A stretch of DNA of 64,000 bases, from NCBI GenBank assembly GCA_963726075.1, contig CAVSAQ010000002.1:607868-671867 (forward strand), written 5' to 3'. The position numbers and the translations under genes are program-made. Source of the stretch: an uncultured Acidobacteriota bacterium. GTDB lineage: Bacteria > Acidobacteriota > Blastocatellia > Pyrinomonadales > Pyrinomonadaceae. Below are positions 47,048-56,845 of this stretch, one piece after another (the stretch's first letter is position 1; each line of letters begins with the position of its first letter). The notes beneath the pieces are model-generated. The model was given only the letters and a program-made list of their open reading frames with translations. It searched no databases and had not been told where the DNA came from.

Positions 47048-49218
47048 ACGTTCGCGACTTCATCCAGCAGAACTTTACTCCGTACGAAGGAGATGATTCC
47101 TTTCTCGCCCCGGCAACTGAGAGAACCACGAATCTTTGGGCTCGGCTCAGCGAATTGTTTCTCGAGGAACGCAAAAAAGGTGTGCTCGACGTCTCACAAA
47201 TTCCCACTTCGATCACCGCGCACGCACCCGGCTACATCGATCGCCAAAACGAAGTCATCGTCGGTCTGCAAACCGAAGCTCCTTTGAAGCGCGCCATCAT
47301 GCCCAATGGCGGCTTCCGCATGATCGTGAATGCGCTAAAGACGTACGGATACGAGCCGGACCCGCAGGTCGTTGAAACCTTTACTAAGTATCGTAAAACG
47401 CACAATGACGGGGTGTTCGATGCCTACACAGACGACATTCGGCGCTGTCGGAGCTCACATATTCTTACGGGCCTGCCGGACGCCTACGGCCGCGGGCGCA
47501 TCATTGGTGATTACCGGCGGGTGGCGCTCTATGGGGTAGCGCGCTTGATTGAACAAAAGCAGGAAGAGAAGCGCAGTCTCGACTCCGCAATGTCCACCGA
47601 AGACATTATTCGCGACCGCGAGGAGCTGAGCGAACAAATTCGCTCACTCAAAGAATTGCAGCAGATGGCGGTGAGTTATGGTTTTGATATTTCCATTCCG
47701 GCGAGCAACGCAAAGGAAGCTGTGCAGTGGCTTTACCTTGGCTATCTCGCGGCAGTGAAGGAACAAAATGGAGCAGCGATGTCGCTGGGCCGTACTTCGA
47801 CGTTTCTCGACATCTATTTCCAGCGCGATCTCGAGGCCGGTACGCTGACGGAAGAACAGGTACAAGAGATCATCGATGACTTTGTCATCAAGTTGCGCAT
47901 TGTGCGGTTTCTGCGAACGCCCGAATATGACGACTTGTTTGCGGGCGATCCAACCTGGGTTACCGAATCGATCGCCGGCATGGGCGACGATGGTCGGCCG
48001 CTAGTGACGAAGAGCAGCTTTCGCTTTCTCCACACGCTCTACAACCTCGGTCCGGCGCCAGAACCGAACATGACGATCTGGTATTCACCGCGCTTGCCGG
48101 ATGGATTTCGTAGTTACTCAGCAAAGGTGGCGATCGAAACCAGCTCAATTCAATTCGAGAGCGATGAAATCATGCGACGCGAGTGGGGTGACGACGGCGC
48201 CGTGGCGTGCTGCGTCTCGCCAATGTTAATGGGCAAGCAAATGCAGTTCTTTGGAGCGCGTGCGAACCTCGCGAAGTGCCTTCTTTATGCAATCAACGGC
48301 GGCCGCGACGAAATCACCGGAGATCAGGTGGGGCCGGTAATAGTCGAGGTAGAAGGCGACTACCTGGACTTCGACGACGTGCTGGACCGGTTCGAGCAGA
48401 TGATGGATTGGCTCGCCCGCGTTTACGTTAACGCGATGAACGTGATCCATTACATGCATGACAAGTATGCCTACGAGCGACTCAAGATGGCCCTGCATGA
48501 CTATGCGCCGTTGCGGACGATGGCCTTCGGCATGGCCGGCATGTCGGTGGTTGCTGACAGTCTTTCGGCAATTCGTTACGCAAAGGTGAAAGTGATTCGC
48601 GACGACACGGGATTAGTCACTGATTACAAAACGGAAGGTGAGTTTCCGCACTTCGGTAATAACGACAATCGCGTTGACCATCTCGCCGCTTGGCTGGTGA
48701 CGACCTTCATGGGCAAGCTGCGAAAGCACCCCACCTACCGTAACGCTCTCCACACCCAGTCAATTCTGACTATTACCTCGAACGTCGTGTACGGCAAGAA
48801 CACCGGCAATACGCCTGATGGGCGGCGACGCGGAGAACCATTTGCTCCCGGCGCCAATCCGATGCACGGACGCGACGTGCACGGAATTCAGGCATCGGCG
48901 GCTTCGGTGGCCAAGATTCCTTACCGCGATGCTGCGGATGGAATTTCTTTAACGACGACGCTGGTGCCGGAAGGTCTTGGACGAGTAATCGCTGAGCGGA
49001 TCACGAATCTCCGCAGCATGCTCGATGCGTTCTTCAGCATTACGGGCTATCACATGAACGTGAATGTCCTCAATCGCGAGATGCTTTTATATGCCATGGA
49101 TCATCCCGAGAAGTATCCGCACCTGACGATTCGTGTCTCGGGTTACGCGGTTAACTTTGTACGTCTGACCCGCGAGCAGCAACTGGATGTAGTCAACCGA
49201 ACCTTCCATGGAATGTAA
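46954..49218 (+). CDS. pflB: pyruvate formate-lyase (formate C-acetyltransferase)
   Basis: Active-site VACCVSPM and glycyl-radical motif [11 protein letters not shown]; N-terminus [25 protein letters not shown]. Confidence 0.95.
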   Translation: MASAKAEIAIERDQARKPWAGFQPGLWQKEINVRDFIQQNFTPYEGDDSFLAPATERTTNLWARLSELFLEERKKGVLDVSQIPTSITAHAPGYIDRQNEVIVGLQTEAPLKRAIMPNGGFRMIVNALKTYGYEPDPQVVETFTKYRKTHNDGVFDAYTDDIRRCRSSHILTGLPDAYGRGRIIGDYRRVALYGVARLIEQKQEEKRSLDSAMSTEDIIRDREELSEQIRSLKELQQMAVSYGFDISIPASNAKEAVQWLYLGYLAAVKEQNGAAMSLGRTSTFLDIYFQRDLEAGTLTEEQVQEIIDDFVIKLRIVRFLRTPEYDDLFAGDPTWVTESIAGMGDDGRPLVTKSSFRFLHTLYNLGPAPEPNMTIWYSPRLPDGFRSYSAKVAIETSSIQFESDEIMRREWGDDGAVACCVSPMLMGKQMQFFGARANLAKCLLYAINGGRDEITGDQVGPVIVEVEGDYLDFDDVLDRFEQMMDWLARVYVNAMNVIHYMHDKYAYERLKMALHDYAPLRTMAFGMAGMSVVADSLSAIRYAKVKVIRDDTGLVTDYKTEGEFPHFGNNDNRVDHLAAWLVTTFMGKLRKHPTYRNALHTQSILTITSNVVYGKNTGNTPDGRRRGEPFAPGANPMHGRDVHGIQASAASVAKIPYRDAADGISLTTTLVPEGLGRVIAERITNLRSMLDAFFSITGYHMNVNVLNREMLLYAMDHPEKYPHLTIRVSGYAVNFVRLTREQQLDVVNRTFHGM

Positions 49219-49344
49219 GACATGCGCGCTGCACGGCTCGTACAACCGAATTCGATAGAAGGCGCCAGCCCGTATGAGCTTCGCGTGGATCAAGCCGCAG
49301 GGGTTTCGGAGTCAGCAGTGAAGACGGCTTTGGAAACTGGAGAC

Positions 49345-50067
49345 ATGGGCTTCCTGCATTCATTCACCACTGGCTCTACGGTGGACGGGCCCGGCGTGCG
49401 TGTGGTGGGTTGGACTGCCGGGTGTCAGTTTCGCTGCCTTTACTGTCACAACCCGGACACGTGGAAAATGCTGAACGGCATGCCTGTAACGGTGGAGCGG
49501 GCCGTTCAGTCGATCAACAAATATCGTCATAGCCTGAGAATCATGTCGGGAGGATTCACGTTGAGCGGTGGCGAACCGCTAATGCAAGACCGGTTCGCGA
49601 TTAGATTGTTTACCGCCGTCAAGGCGCTGGGCATCCATACCGCGCTGGACACGAATGGTTTTCTTGGCGAGCGGCTTTCGGACGAAGAGTTGGACCAAAT
49701 CGATTTGGTTCTGCTGGACATCAAGGCCTGGGACGCGGAACGACATCGCGCGCTGACCGGAAAGGACGTCGGTCCAACACTGGACTTCGCCCGCCGCCTG
49801 GCTGACGGTAACCGGCCGATTTGGCTTCGCTTCGTCCTGGTTCCCGGTTTGACTGACGACGATGAGAATGTCACCTCGATCGCGAAGTTCGCCGGTGAAT
49901 TAGGCAACGTCCGGAGGGTGGACGTGCTCCCGTTCCATCAGATGGGCCGATTCAAGTGGAAGAAGCTCGAGCTCGACTACGCGCTTAACAGCATAGAGCC
50001 TCCATCGCGACATGCGGTCGCGCGAGCTTGTGCTCAGTTTCAAGCCGAGGGGCTCGCAGCGTATTGA
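49345..50067 (+). CDS. pflA: pyruvate formate-lyase activating enzyme (ORF open from 49222; Met 49345 matches the family N-terminus)
   Basis: GFLHSFTTGSTVDGPGVR and CQFRCLYCHNPDTW radical-SAM cluster motif. Confidence 0.9.
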   Translation: MGFLHSFTTGSTVDGPGVRVVGWTAGCQFRCLYCHNPDTWKMLNGMPVTVERAVQSINKYRHSLRIMSGGFTLSGGEPLMQDRFAIRLFTAVKALGIHTALDTNGFLGERLSDEELDQIDLVLLDIKAWDAERHRALTGKDVGPTLDFARRLADGNRPIWLRFVLVPGLTDDDENVTSIAKFAGELGNVRRVDVLPFHQMGRFKWKKLELDYALNSIEPPSRHAVARACAQFQAEGLAAY

Positions 50068-50072
50068 TGGTC

Positions 50073-50160
50073 AGTACCGGGAACAGACCGGGGTCCCCGC
50101 GCGGGCAGCCCGCGTGGGGTGCGACCGGGAACCCGTGACGGATCGCCACTGCCCGGTACT
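50073..50160. other. GC-rich nested hairpin element between pflA and the cation exchanger gene
   Basis: Outer arms AGTACCGGG/CCCGGTACT; inner 11-bp hairpin CCCCGCGCGGG-CAG-CCCGCGTGGGG (50095..50119); no T-run. Confidence 0.4.
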
Positions 50161-50183
50161 CACTCCATGCCTTACGGATTGAA

Positions 50184-51314
50184 ATGAATCACACATCGAC
50201 AATGCAGATTTCGGCTCCGCTGACCAAGGCGCTGAAAAGTCCGATCAATTGGTTCTTGATCTTTGTTCTGATCAGCGTCGTGTTAGATCACGCCGGACAC
50301 GTCCCGGCGCCGTTGATCTTCTTTTCAGCAGCTTTAGCAATTATGCCGATTGCCGCGATGATCGTGCGGGCCACCGAACAGTTGGCCACGCGCACCGGCG
50401 ATGCGGTGGGTGGGTTGCTGAACGCCACCTTCGGCAACGCACCGGAGTTGATTATTTCGCTGGTGGCACTCAGAACCGGCTATTTGGACATGGTGCGTGC
50501 TTCGCTGGTCGGTGCGATTCTCGCCAACTTATTGCTCGCTCTGGGTGTCGCATTCTTAACGGGCGGCCTTCGTTTTCACGATCAGCGATTCAATCCAAAC
50601 GCGGCGCGTACCTACAGCACGATGATGTTTCTCGCCGCGATTAGCATGACCGTGCCCAGCGCCTTCAGCCGAGTCTTCGCCAGTGAAGTTGTGATCCGGC
50701 AAGAACAAATCTTGAATGTGGGCATCGCCGGGTTGTTGCTAGCGGCTTATGGATTGTACGTACTGTACTCGCTAAAGACCCACTCCAGCGCGTTCGCCAG
50801 CATGGAAACCGCACCGGGATCGAGTCACGAAGGAGAGCAATGGGGACTGCCGCGAGCCATCGGGACTCTAATTTTTGCATCGGTGCTGGCTGCGTGGATG
50901 AGTGAGATTTTGGTCGGTGCGGCGGAAGAAACCGGAAAGGCTCTTGGCATGACGCAGATTTTCATCGGCATCGTTTTTATCGCCGTTGTTGGCGGCGCGG
51001 CTGAGAGTGGTTCCGCGGTGGCAATGGCGCGCAAGAATAAGATGGATCTGTCGGTGGGAATCGCGCTGGGAAGCTGCATACAGATCGCCCTATTCGTAGC
51101 GCCCTTGCTGGTGCTGGCGAGTTACTTCATTGCACCACAGCCCTTGGATCTTTCATTTAGCCGAGCAGAGATCGGCTCGCTCTTCATGGCGGTGCTAATT
51201 GGCGCCATGGTCAGCGGCGACGGGCAGTCGAATTGGTACAAGGGTGTTCAGTTGATCACGGTGTACGCGATTATCGCACTGATGTTTTATCTGATGCCCG
51301 AATTGCCGAAGTGA
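50184..51314 (+). CDS. Ca2+/H+ exchanger (CaCA family)
   Basis: Two alpha-repeats (GNAPELI and GGAAESGSAV) in an 11-TM-like protein. Confidence 0.8.
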   Translation: MNHTSTMQISAPLTKALKSPINWFLIFVLISVVLDHAGHVPAPLIFFSAALAIMPIAAMIVRATEQLATRTGDAVGGLLNATFGNAPELIISLVALRTGYLDMVRASLVGAILANLLLALGVAFLTGGLRFHDQRFNPNAARTYSTMMFLAAISMTVPSAFSRVFASEVVIRQEQILNVGIAGLLLAAYGLYVLYSLKTHSSAFASMETAPGSSHEGEQWGLPRAIGTLIFASVLAAWMSEILVGAAEETGKALGMTQIFIGIVFIAVVGGAAESGSAVAMARKNKMDLSVGIALGSCIQIALFVAPLLVLASYFIAPQPLDLSFSRAEIGSLFMAVLIGAMVSGDGQSNWYKGVQLITVYAIIALMFYLMPELPK

Positions 51315-51369
51315 CTGGCGCCCGGAATTGGCCCCTTCATATCGCCCTTCGCTTAGAGCGCTCCCCCAC

Positions 51370-51385
51370 CTGTCAATACTGACAG
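51370..51385. promoter_or_regulatory. CTGTCA-N4-TGACAG palindrome
   Basis: CTGTCAATACTGACAG; upstream of 51493; only a CATCAT hexamer at the 23-nt position. Confidence 0.5.
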
Positions 51386-51492
51386 TACTTCTGACCTCAC
51401 GAATCTTTCATCATTCAATCGCAGAACCAACTGAAAAAGCTTGTGTTCGTGAGGTCTCGCACCATCAAGACTTGCCTTCAACTGAAAGGAAG

Positions 51493-52458
51493 ATGCAAAC
51501 CGTATCAACCATCCAGAGACTTCAGATAGTGCTCGGCATAGTGTGTATCCTGGCCGGCGCTGCTCAGGCGATGACGCAGACTCAGCCTGTTATCAGTTGG
51601 TCGTCAACCAACGATCCGGAGAAGGCAGGAGTGGCGAAACCGGTCGTGTTGGATCTCTCCACGGACGAAAAGACTTTCGAAATCTGCCGCGACCACGCAT
51701 ACAAGACTGCCGCTATCAGGAACGTTTCGACAACGCCAGTAAGAACAGCAGAAAAAACAGTCGCGCGATCGCAAGCCGGACCCGCTGACAAGTGGCATTT
51801 CATATTCAGTCCATATTTCTGGATGGCCGGTTTACACGGGACGACCGGGACTCCAGGGCGGACCATAGTGGTCGACGAAAGCTTCAGCGATATCTTTGGT
51901 TCGTTAAATTTTGCCTTCATGGGACTTTTTGAAGCGCGAAAAGGCAATTGGTTGGTACTAACCGACGTTGAGTTCGTAAGCCTCGAAGACGAAAGAGCGA
52001 CGCGTGGCCCACTCTTTTCTGCCGTCAACGCAAAGGTCAAGATGTTCAACTTCAAACCCGAGGTGGGCTACCGCGTTTTCGCCGACATCGAGAAAGGACA
52101 CTTCATTGATGTCGTAGGCGGGGCCCGGATCTGGCACATCAGCACCGATCTGACTTTCAGTCCGGGGATTCTGCCAACAGCCCAAGTCGATGCCAGCCGG
52201 AGCTGGGTGGACGCTGTGGGCGGGCTGCGCGGCAAAGTTTCGCTGTCAGAAAGAGTGTTCTCCATCGGCAAACTTGATCTGGGCGGTGGTGGCTCGAAGT
52301 TCACCTATCAATTGTTTGGTGGGCTTGGATACAACTTAAACAGGAAGGTCGCCCTCGTTGGTGGCTACCGCGTTCTGGACGTTAACTATGACAAGAATAG
52401 TTTTGTTTACGACATGAACCAGCGCGGACCGATCATCGGCGCGGCATTAAGGTTCTGA
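51493..52458 (+). CDS. secreted hypothetical protein, probable outer-membrane beta-barrel
   Basis: Signal peptide from Met 51493 (RBS AAAGGAAG); alternating strand pattern; C-terminal ALRF. Confidence 0.5.
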   Translation: MQTVSTIQRLQIVLGIVCILAGAAQAMTQTQPVISWSSTNDPEKAGVAKPVVLDLSTDEKTFEICRDHAYKTAAIRNVSTTPVRTAEKTVARSQAGPADKWHFIFSPYFWMAGLHGTTGTPGRTIVVDESFSDIFGSLNFAFMGLFEARKGNWLVLTDVEFVSLEDERATRGPLFSAVNAKVKMFNFKPEVGYRVFADIEKGHFIDVVGGARIWHISTDLTFSPGILPTAQVDASRSWVDAVGGLRGKVSLSERVFSIGKLDLGGGGSKFTYQLFGGLGYNLNRKVALVGGYRVLDVNYDKNSFVYDMNQRGPIIGAALRF

Positions 52459-52482
52459 TTTTTGAATAAGGAGAGAAGGGAA

Positions 52483-53061
52483 ATGCGAAAGTTGATGAGA
52501 ACAAGCCTGTTGATTGCCGGTATGTTGAGCTCGATACTGGTGACAACCCCGGCAACTTCCGCTCAGAAACTACCGAAGCGCATTCACATTCAGGCGCAGG
52601 CGATGGGAACGTCCACGCAGTTGGGCCGATCCGTAAGTGTGAACCTCATCATCGAGGAGATAACGACGGACGAAGAAAGAGCCGGCATGCTCGAAGCGTT
52701 CCAGCAGAAAGGCAATGAGGGTTTGGTTAACGCTCTGGACAAGATGAAGAGTAAAGGGCGCATGGCGATCACCGGCACCCTGGGCTACGACGTCAATTAC
52801 GTCAAAATATTTCCGCAACCGGACGGCACGACCCTGTTGCGCATGGTAACGGATCGCCCGCTGTTGTTTGGCGAAGTCTGGGCCAGTACCAGGTCGGCCG
52901 ATTACGAACTGGCAGGAGTGGAAATCGTTATCAGTAAAGACAAGAAGAAGCATACCGGCACACTTTATCCTGCCTGTAAGTTCAAGATAAACAAAAAGAA
53001 TGAACTGGAGCTGGAGCTCTTTCAGAACCCATGGAAACTCGTGAACATCATGAAGCGTTAA
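52483..53061 (+). CDS. secreted hypothetical protein
   Basis: Signal peptide MRKLMRTSLLIAGMLSSILVTTPATSAQ; RBS AAGGAGAGAAGGG. Confidence 0.5.
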   Translation: MRKLMRTSLLIAGMLSSILVTTPATSAQKLPKRIHIQAQAMGTSTQLGRSVSVNLIIEEITTDEERAGMLEAFQQKGNEGLVNALDKMKSKGRMAITGTLGYDVNYVKIFPQPDGTTLLRMVTDRPLLFGEVWASTRSADYELAGVEIVISKDKKKHTGTLYPACKFKINKKNELELELFQNPWKLVNIMKR

Positions 53062-53121
53062 GCTTCGAGGAGTGTTTGCGTGCGGACACGCCGGCCCGGC
53101 GACAATCATGAAGGTGAACTT

Positions 53122-54024
53122 ATGACGGACAAGTTATCAGAGCTCGATGGCCCCTACGCGCAATCTGATGATCAACTTCCGGAATCTTTTTCAGCAGCGC
53201 TAACTGTTGACTTATTCGCGATCTCAGATCCCGGGCATGTGAAGAGTAATAACGAAGATCATTATCTGGTCGCGCGCATCGGAAGAGCTTTAGAAGTGCA
53301 GTTCAGCAATCTGCAGGAAAATTCGCCCGGTCTCAAAATCGACGAGTCAGGTTATGCCATGGTCGTGGCTGACGGGGTAGGTGGACAGCCTGCGGGCGAG
53401 ATTGCCAGCAGTCAGGCGATCTTTACGCTGCTTAGCCTGGCGTTACGTACGCCTGATTGGCAATTCCGGTGGCGCCCGAGAGAAATCAACGAAGTAATGT
53501 GGCGCGCGCAAGATCGTTTCCAGCGGGTCAATGAGGCCCTGCTTCAGGAAGCGACTGCGCATTCCGCGCTTAGTGGAATGTGCACGACCTTGACCGTGGC
53601 GTTGTCCTACGGGAAAGATCTCGTCATCTCCCATGTGGGTGATTCGCGCGTCTATCAACTGCATGATGGAAAGCTGAAGTGTTTGACGCGCGATCACACG
53701 GTGGCCGCTCAACTGCTGGATGAAGGCGCCATCGCCAGCGACGACCCACTGATTACCAAACTGGACAATGCTTTGCTTCAGGCAGTGGGCAGCGGGGAAA
53801 GTGACTTGAGACCCGACGTGAACCACCACGAACTGGAAGCTGGCGACCAGCTATTGGTGTGCTCGGATGGTCTTACGAATATGGTTGACGATGGCCTGAT
53901 CGCGTCTGTCTTAAACGAGTCGAGGTCGGCCGAACGGGCTTGCCGCACTCTGCTTGACCTCGCGTTGGCTAACGGTGGCTTAGACAACATAACACTGATC
54001 GTCGCGCGTTATTCGATCCCATAG
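53122..54024 (+). CDS. PP2C-family Ser/Thr protein phosphatase
   Basis: VVADGVGGQPAGE, HVGDSR, LLVCSDGL, GGLDNITLIV motifs. Confidence 0.8.
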   Translation: MTDKLSELDGPYAQSDDQLPESFSAALTVDLFAISDPGHVKSNNEDHYLVARIGRALEVQFSNLQENSPGLKIDESGYAMVVADGVGGQPAGEIASSQAIFTLLSLALRTPDWQFRWRPREINEVMWRAQDRFQRVNEALLQEATAHSALSGMCTTLTVALSYGKDLVISHVGDSRVYQLHDGKLKCLTRDHTVAAQLLDEGAIASDDPLITKLDNALLQAVGSGESDLRPDVNHHELEAGDQLLVCSDGLTNMVDDGLIASVLNESRSAERACRTLLDLALANGGLDNITLIVARYSIP

Positions 54025-54136
54025 CGGTGCTTACCGCCGTGAACGCGAAAAAAGCCTAATCGGCTGCTTCAGACTTACAATTTAGAGAGACCGCCGAGTT
54101 CTTCAAGAAAATATTCAGGCCATTCAGCGGCACATT

Positions 54137-55306
54137 TTAGGTTTTTGCAACTACCTGACCCAGTTCAATAGCCTCGTCTTTTGACACTACCGGATCCGAG
54201 TTTGGATGCTCGGTGACCCACATCATAAAGACCTGATGTCCAATCGCGAACAACGTCGCGCCGACAAACATTCCCAGGATTCCGCCGCTAGCCATCCCAC
54301 CTAACGCGCCGAGCAAGATTACCGGCATTGGTACATCCACGCCGCGACCCAGCATCATTGGTTTCAAAATGTTGTCCGCAATGCCGGTCACCAGCAAGAG
54401 AATGGTATGTATGATCGCCGCGGCCGTACCGTAGTGACCGCTCGACCAGATGTAAATGATTGCGGGAAGCGTGATGATTAGCGCCGGCACTTGGGCAATG
54501 CAAAGGACGAGCGCAATGACCGCCAGAACACCCGCCGCCGGTACGCCCGCAAGCAGCAGCGCCAATCCAATGAGCGTTGCTTGAAGGAAAGCGACGCCGA
54601 TAACGCCTGATGCGACTGCGCGGATGGTTGCCGTCGTTAGCTTGAAGAGTTTCTCGCCTCTGGTGTTACCGGCAACACGAACGAAAACCCCTCGACTAAC
54701 GCCGGCTCCTGATTCGCCGTAGGCCATCAGGATGCCGGCAACAACGAAGGAGATCAAAAACAGTAACAGGCCGGTGCCAATGCTTGCGACCATGCCAAGT
54801 GCTTTCTGGGCCAGTTGGCCAATCTTCGGCTGCAGGCTCCGCACAAATCCGGGCAGGTCCGCATGAGCTTTTGACCAGGCGTCGTGAAGCCGCTTGCCGA
54901 CCACCGGCCAATTCTCAACGCCTGCTCGCGGCGGGGGAATCGCCAGTTTGTCCTGCTGCGCGGCGCCGATGAAATGACGAGTTGAGTCGGCAAAGGAATT
55001 CATCAGCAATGCCACTGGCGTGATGATCAACAAGAGTCCAACGATAATCAGAATAGCCGAGGCCAAGCCTTGTTTTCTGCCAATCCTGCTCGCGAACCGT
55101 TGATGCAACGGATACAAGGTGACCGCCAGGATGATCGACCAGACCGTCAGCGTCAGGAATGGCGAAAAGATCTGGTAGCACAGCACGGCCAGCGCGCCAA
55201 TCAAAACGATTCGAATCAACACATCCATCAGTGGGATGGATGCTCTCGTGGCAGTGGGTTCCGTGGCGGCCGATGCTCGGGACGCCACTCTTCGCACAGC
55301 TTCCAT
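54137..55306 (-). CDS. AI-2E family (PerM-like) transporter
   Basis: Multi-TM protein with a typical AI-2E C-terminal half (ILLGALGGMASGGILGMFVG); RBS AAGGTGAG before Met 55306. Confidence 0.75.
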   Translation of the reverse strand: MEAVRRVASRASAATEPTATRASIPLMDVLIRIVLIGALAVLCYQIFSPFLTLTVWSIILAVTLYPLHQRFASRIGRKQGLASAILIIVGLLLIITPVALLMNSFADSTRHFIGAAQQDKLAIPPPRAGVENWPVVGKRLHDAWSKAHADLPGFVRSLQPKIGQLAQKALGMVASIGTGLLLFLISFVVAGILMAYGESGAGVSRGVFVRVAGNTRGEKLFKLTTATIRAVASGVIGVAFLQATLIGLALLLAGVPAAGVLAVIALVLCIAQVPALIITLPAIIYIWSSGHYGTAAAIIHTILLLVTGIADNILKPMMLGRGVDVPMPVILLGALGGMASGGILGMFVGATLFAIGHQVFMMWVTEHPNSDPVVSKDEAIELGQVVAKT

Positions 55307-55424
55307 TTTTGGCTCACCTTCAGCAAGCATGAAAATTAAGCACTGGGTTGGCCACGGCGTGTCGCGGTGCCAGTGCATGCCAGGGGATTCTGAGTGATTT
55401 TATTGCCTGCTTGAGGGCTGATAA

Positions 55425-55440
55425 CTGTCAGAAATGACAG
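55425..55440. promoter_or_regulatory. CTGTCA-N4-TGACAG palindrome
   Basis: CTGTCAGAAATGACAG; TAAAAT (minus, 55397..55402) 22 nt beyond, facing the AI-2E gene. Confidence 0.55.
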
Positions 55441-55564
55441 GAAGGCTTACATCTATTCGAGCAACCAAACTTTGTTGGCAGGCGCAAAAAGAATTACCGA
55501 TTCGACAAATTAGACTTCCAGCGGCTGTCCACCGGGAGCGGGTAACTCTTTCCGGCACCACACG

Positions 55565-55580
55565 CTGTAAAAACTAACAG
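55565..55580. promoter_or_regulatory. CTGTCA-N4-TGACAG-type palindrome
   Basis: CTGTAAAAACTAACAG; TACGGT 55604..55609 23 nt beyond, facing the BASS transporter gene. Confidence 0.45.
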
Positions 55581-55755
55581 TATCAACAGACGGCCAGGCC
55601 TTCTACGGTAATCCTTCTCGGCGCAGAAAGATCCGAGGCGTGACCCCGCTCTGCAGAGGTATGACTTACGGGGAATGGCGGAAGAGCTTAGTACGAATGA
55701 CATCGCAGATGTCATGCATACTCGATGGTCTTGGAAGGTGCCACGGTAAACGCTT

Positions 55756-56622
55756 ATGGAACTAATGCAGAAAGCAACCTCGATCGTCACGTTAATCTTT
55801 GTGCTCTCCAGCATGCTGGGGATGGGTCTGGGTCTCACGGTCAGTCAAATCATCAGCCCGCTTCGCAATGTCCGGTTGGTAGTGCTGGCCCTGCTGGCAA
55901 ATTTTGTGTTGATGCCACTTGCCGCCCTTGGCCTCGCCACCCTGTTGCGGCTCGACCCACCGCTGGGCGTGGGTCTGCTGGTATTGGGGACGGCAGCCGG
56001 CGCGCCGTTCCTGCCGAAATTGGCCCAGCTCGCCAAGGGCAACCTGGCCTTCGGGGTGGGCTTGATGGTGCTGCTGATGATCGTCACGGTGGGCTATCTG
56101 CCGCTCGTCCTGCCGCTTTTGCTGCCGGGCGTTTCAGTCAACCCCGTGAAGATTGCGAGCTCACTATTTCTGTTTATGTTGGTTCCGTTGGCGCTCGGGC
56201 TGGCTGCAAAAGCTTGGTTCGCGGTTGCCGCCGCGCGCACAAAACCCGTGCTCGATAAGGTCTCCAACCTGAGCCTCATTTTGCTGATGTTGCTGATCAC
56301 CGTAGCCAACATCAAGAGCGTGCTGGCCGTCTTCGGTACGCGCGGCATCCTCGCCGGTCTCCTCTTCATTGCTGTGGGTTTTGGCGTAGGGTGGTTGCTC
56401 GGCGGACCAGGCCGGGACACGCGGCCGGTCCTGGCCCTGGGCACAGCGCAACGCAACATTGCCGCCGCGCTTGTGGTAGGCGGTCAAAGTTTTAGTGACC
56501 CGAAAGTTGTCGTCATGGTGATTGTCGTCGCCATCGTTGGGCTTCTGGTTCTGATGCCGTTGTCCAAAGCCCTGGGCCGGCGAACACCTGCCCCTGCGGA
56601 AGGTGCCTTAGTTGGCCCGTGA
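55756..56622 (+). CDS. bile acid:sodium symporter (BASS/SBF-like) family transporter
   Basis: Multi-TM protein with SBF-like motifs (LLALLANFVLMPL, LGTAAGAP). Confidence 0.75.
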   Translation: MELMQKATSIVTLIFVLSSMLGMGLGLTVSQIISPLRNVRLVVLALLANFVLMPLAALGLATLLRLDPPLGVGLLVLGTAAGAPFLPKLAQLAKGNLAFGVGLMVLLMIVTVGYLPLVLPLLLPGVSVNPVKIASSLFLFMLVPLALGLAAKAWFAVAAARTKPVLDKVSNLSLILLMLLITVANIKSVLAVFGTRGILAGLLFIAVGFGVGWLLGGPGRDTRPVLALGTAQRNIAAALVVGGQSFSDPKVVVMVIVVAIVGLLVLMPLSKALGRRTPAPAEGALVGP

Positions 56623-56738
56623 GAAGCCACTTCTCCACATTCCTGCGGTTGCCGAGGCTTTCGCGTGGGAATCACGTTCAGCGTTGAGCAACTGACAAGG
56701 CAGGGAGCGATGAACTGAACGCCGTCTCGTGCGAATCC

Positions 56739-56754
56739 CTGTCAAAAGTGCCAG
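56739..56754. promoter_or_regulatory. CTGTCA-N4-TGACAG-type palindrome
   Basis: CTGTCAAAAGTGCCAG; TAGCAT 56779..56784 24 nt beyond; upstream of the paralogue pair/DyP cluster. Confidence 0.5.
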
Positions 56755-56845
56755 TGGTTGACCGTGCCCGCATTGAAATAGCATTCCAGAATCACACCCG
56801 GTGAACTTCGCACGCGAACTTGATCGACTAAAAAGGAGGTTCAAG

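Noticed and set aside
50073-50160. The structured element upstream of the cation exchanger could be a yybP-ykoY (Mn2+) riboswitch.
   Set aside because: The conserved GGGGAGUAG-type loop sequences of that class are absent. The element looks like a plain GC hairpin.
22508-56754. The palindrome formally fits the gammaproteobacterial LexA SOS box, CTGT-N8-ACAG.
   Set aside because: None of the downstream genes is a repair or SOS gene (no recA, lexA, uvr or dinB). Conservation extends to CTGTCA/TGACAG, beyond the LexA core. The site sits at activator-like rather than operator-like positions.
43422-56754. The variants ending in TGCCAG (reverse complement CTGGCA) could be sigma-54 -24/-12 promoters.
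   Set aside because: No TTGC -12 element lies at the required spacing after the GG. Most copies read TGACAG and have no GG dinucleotide.
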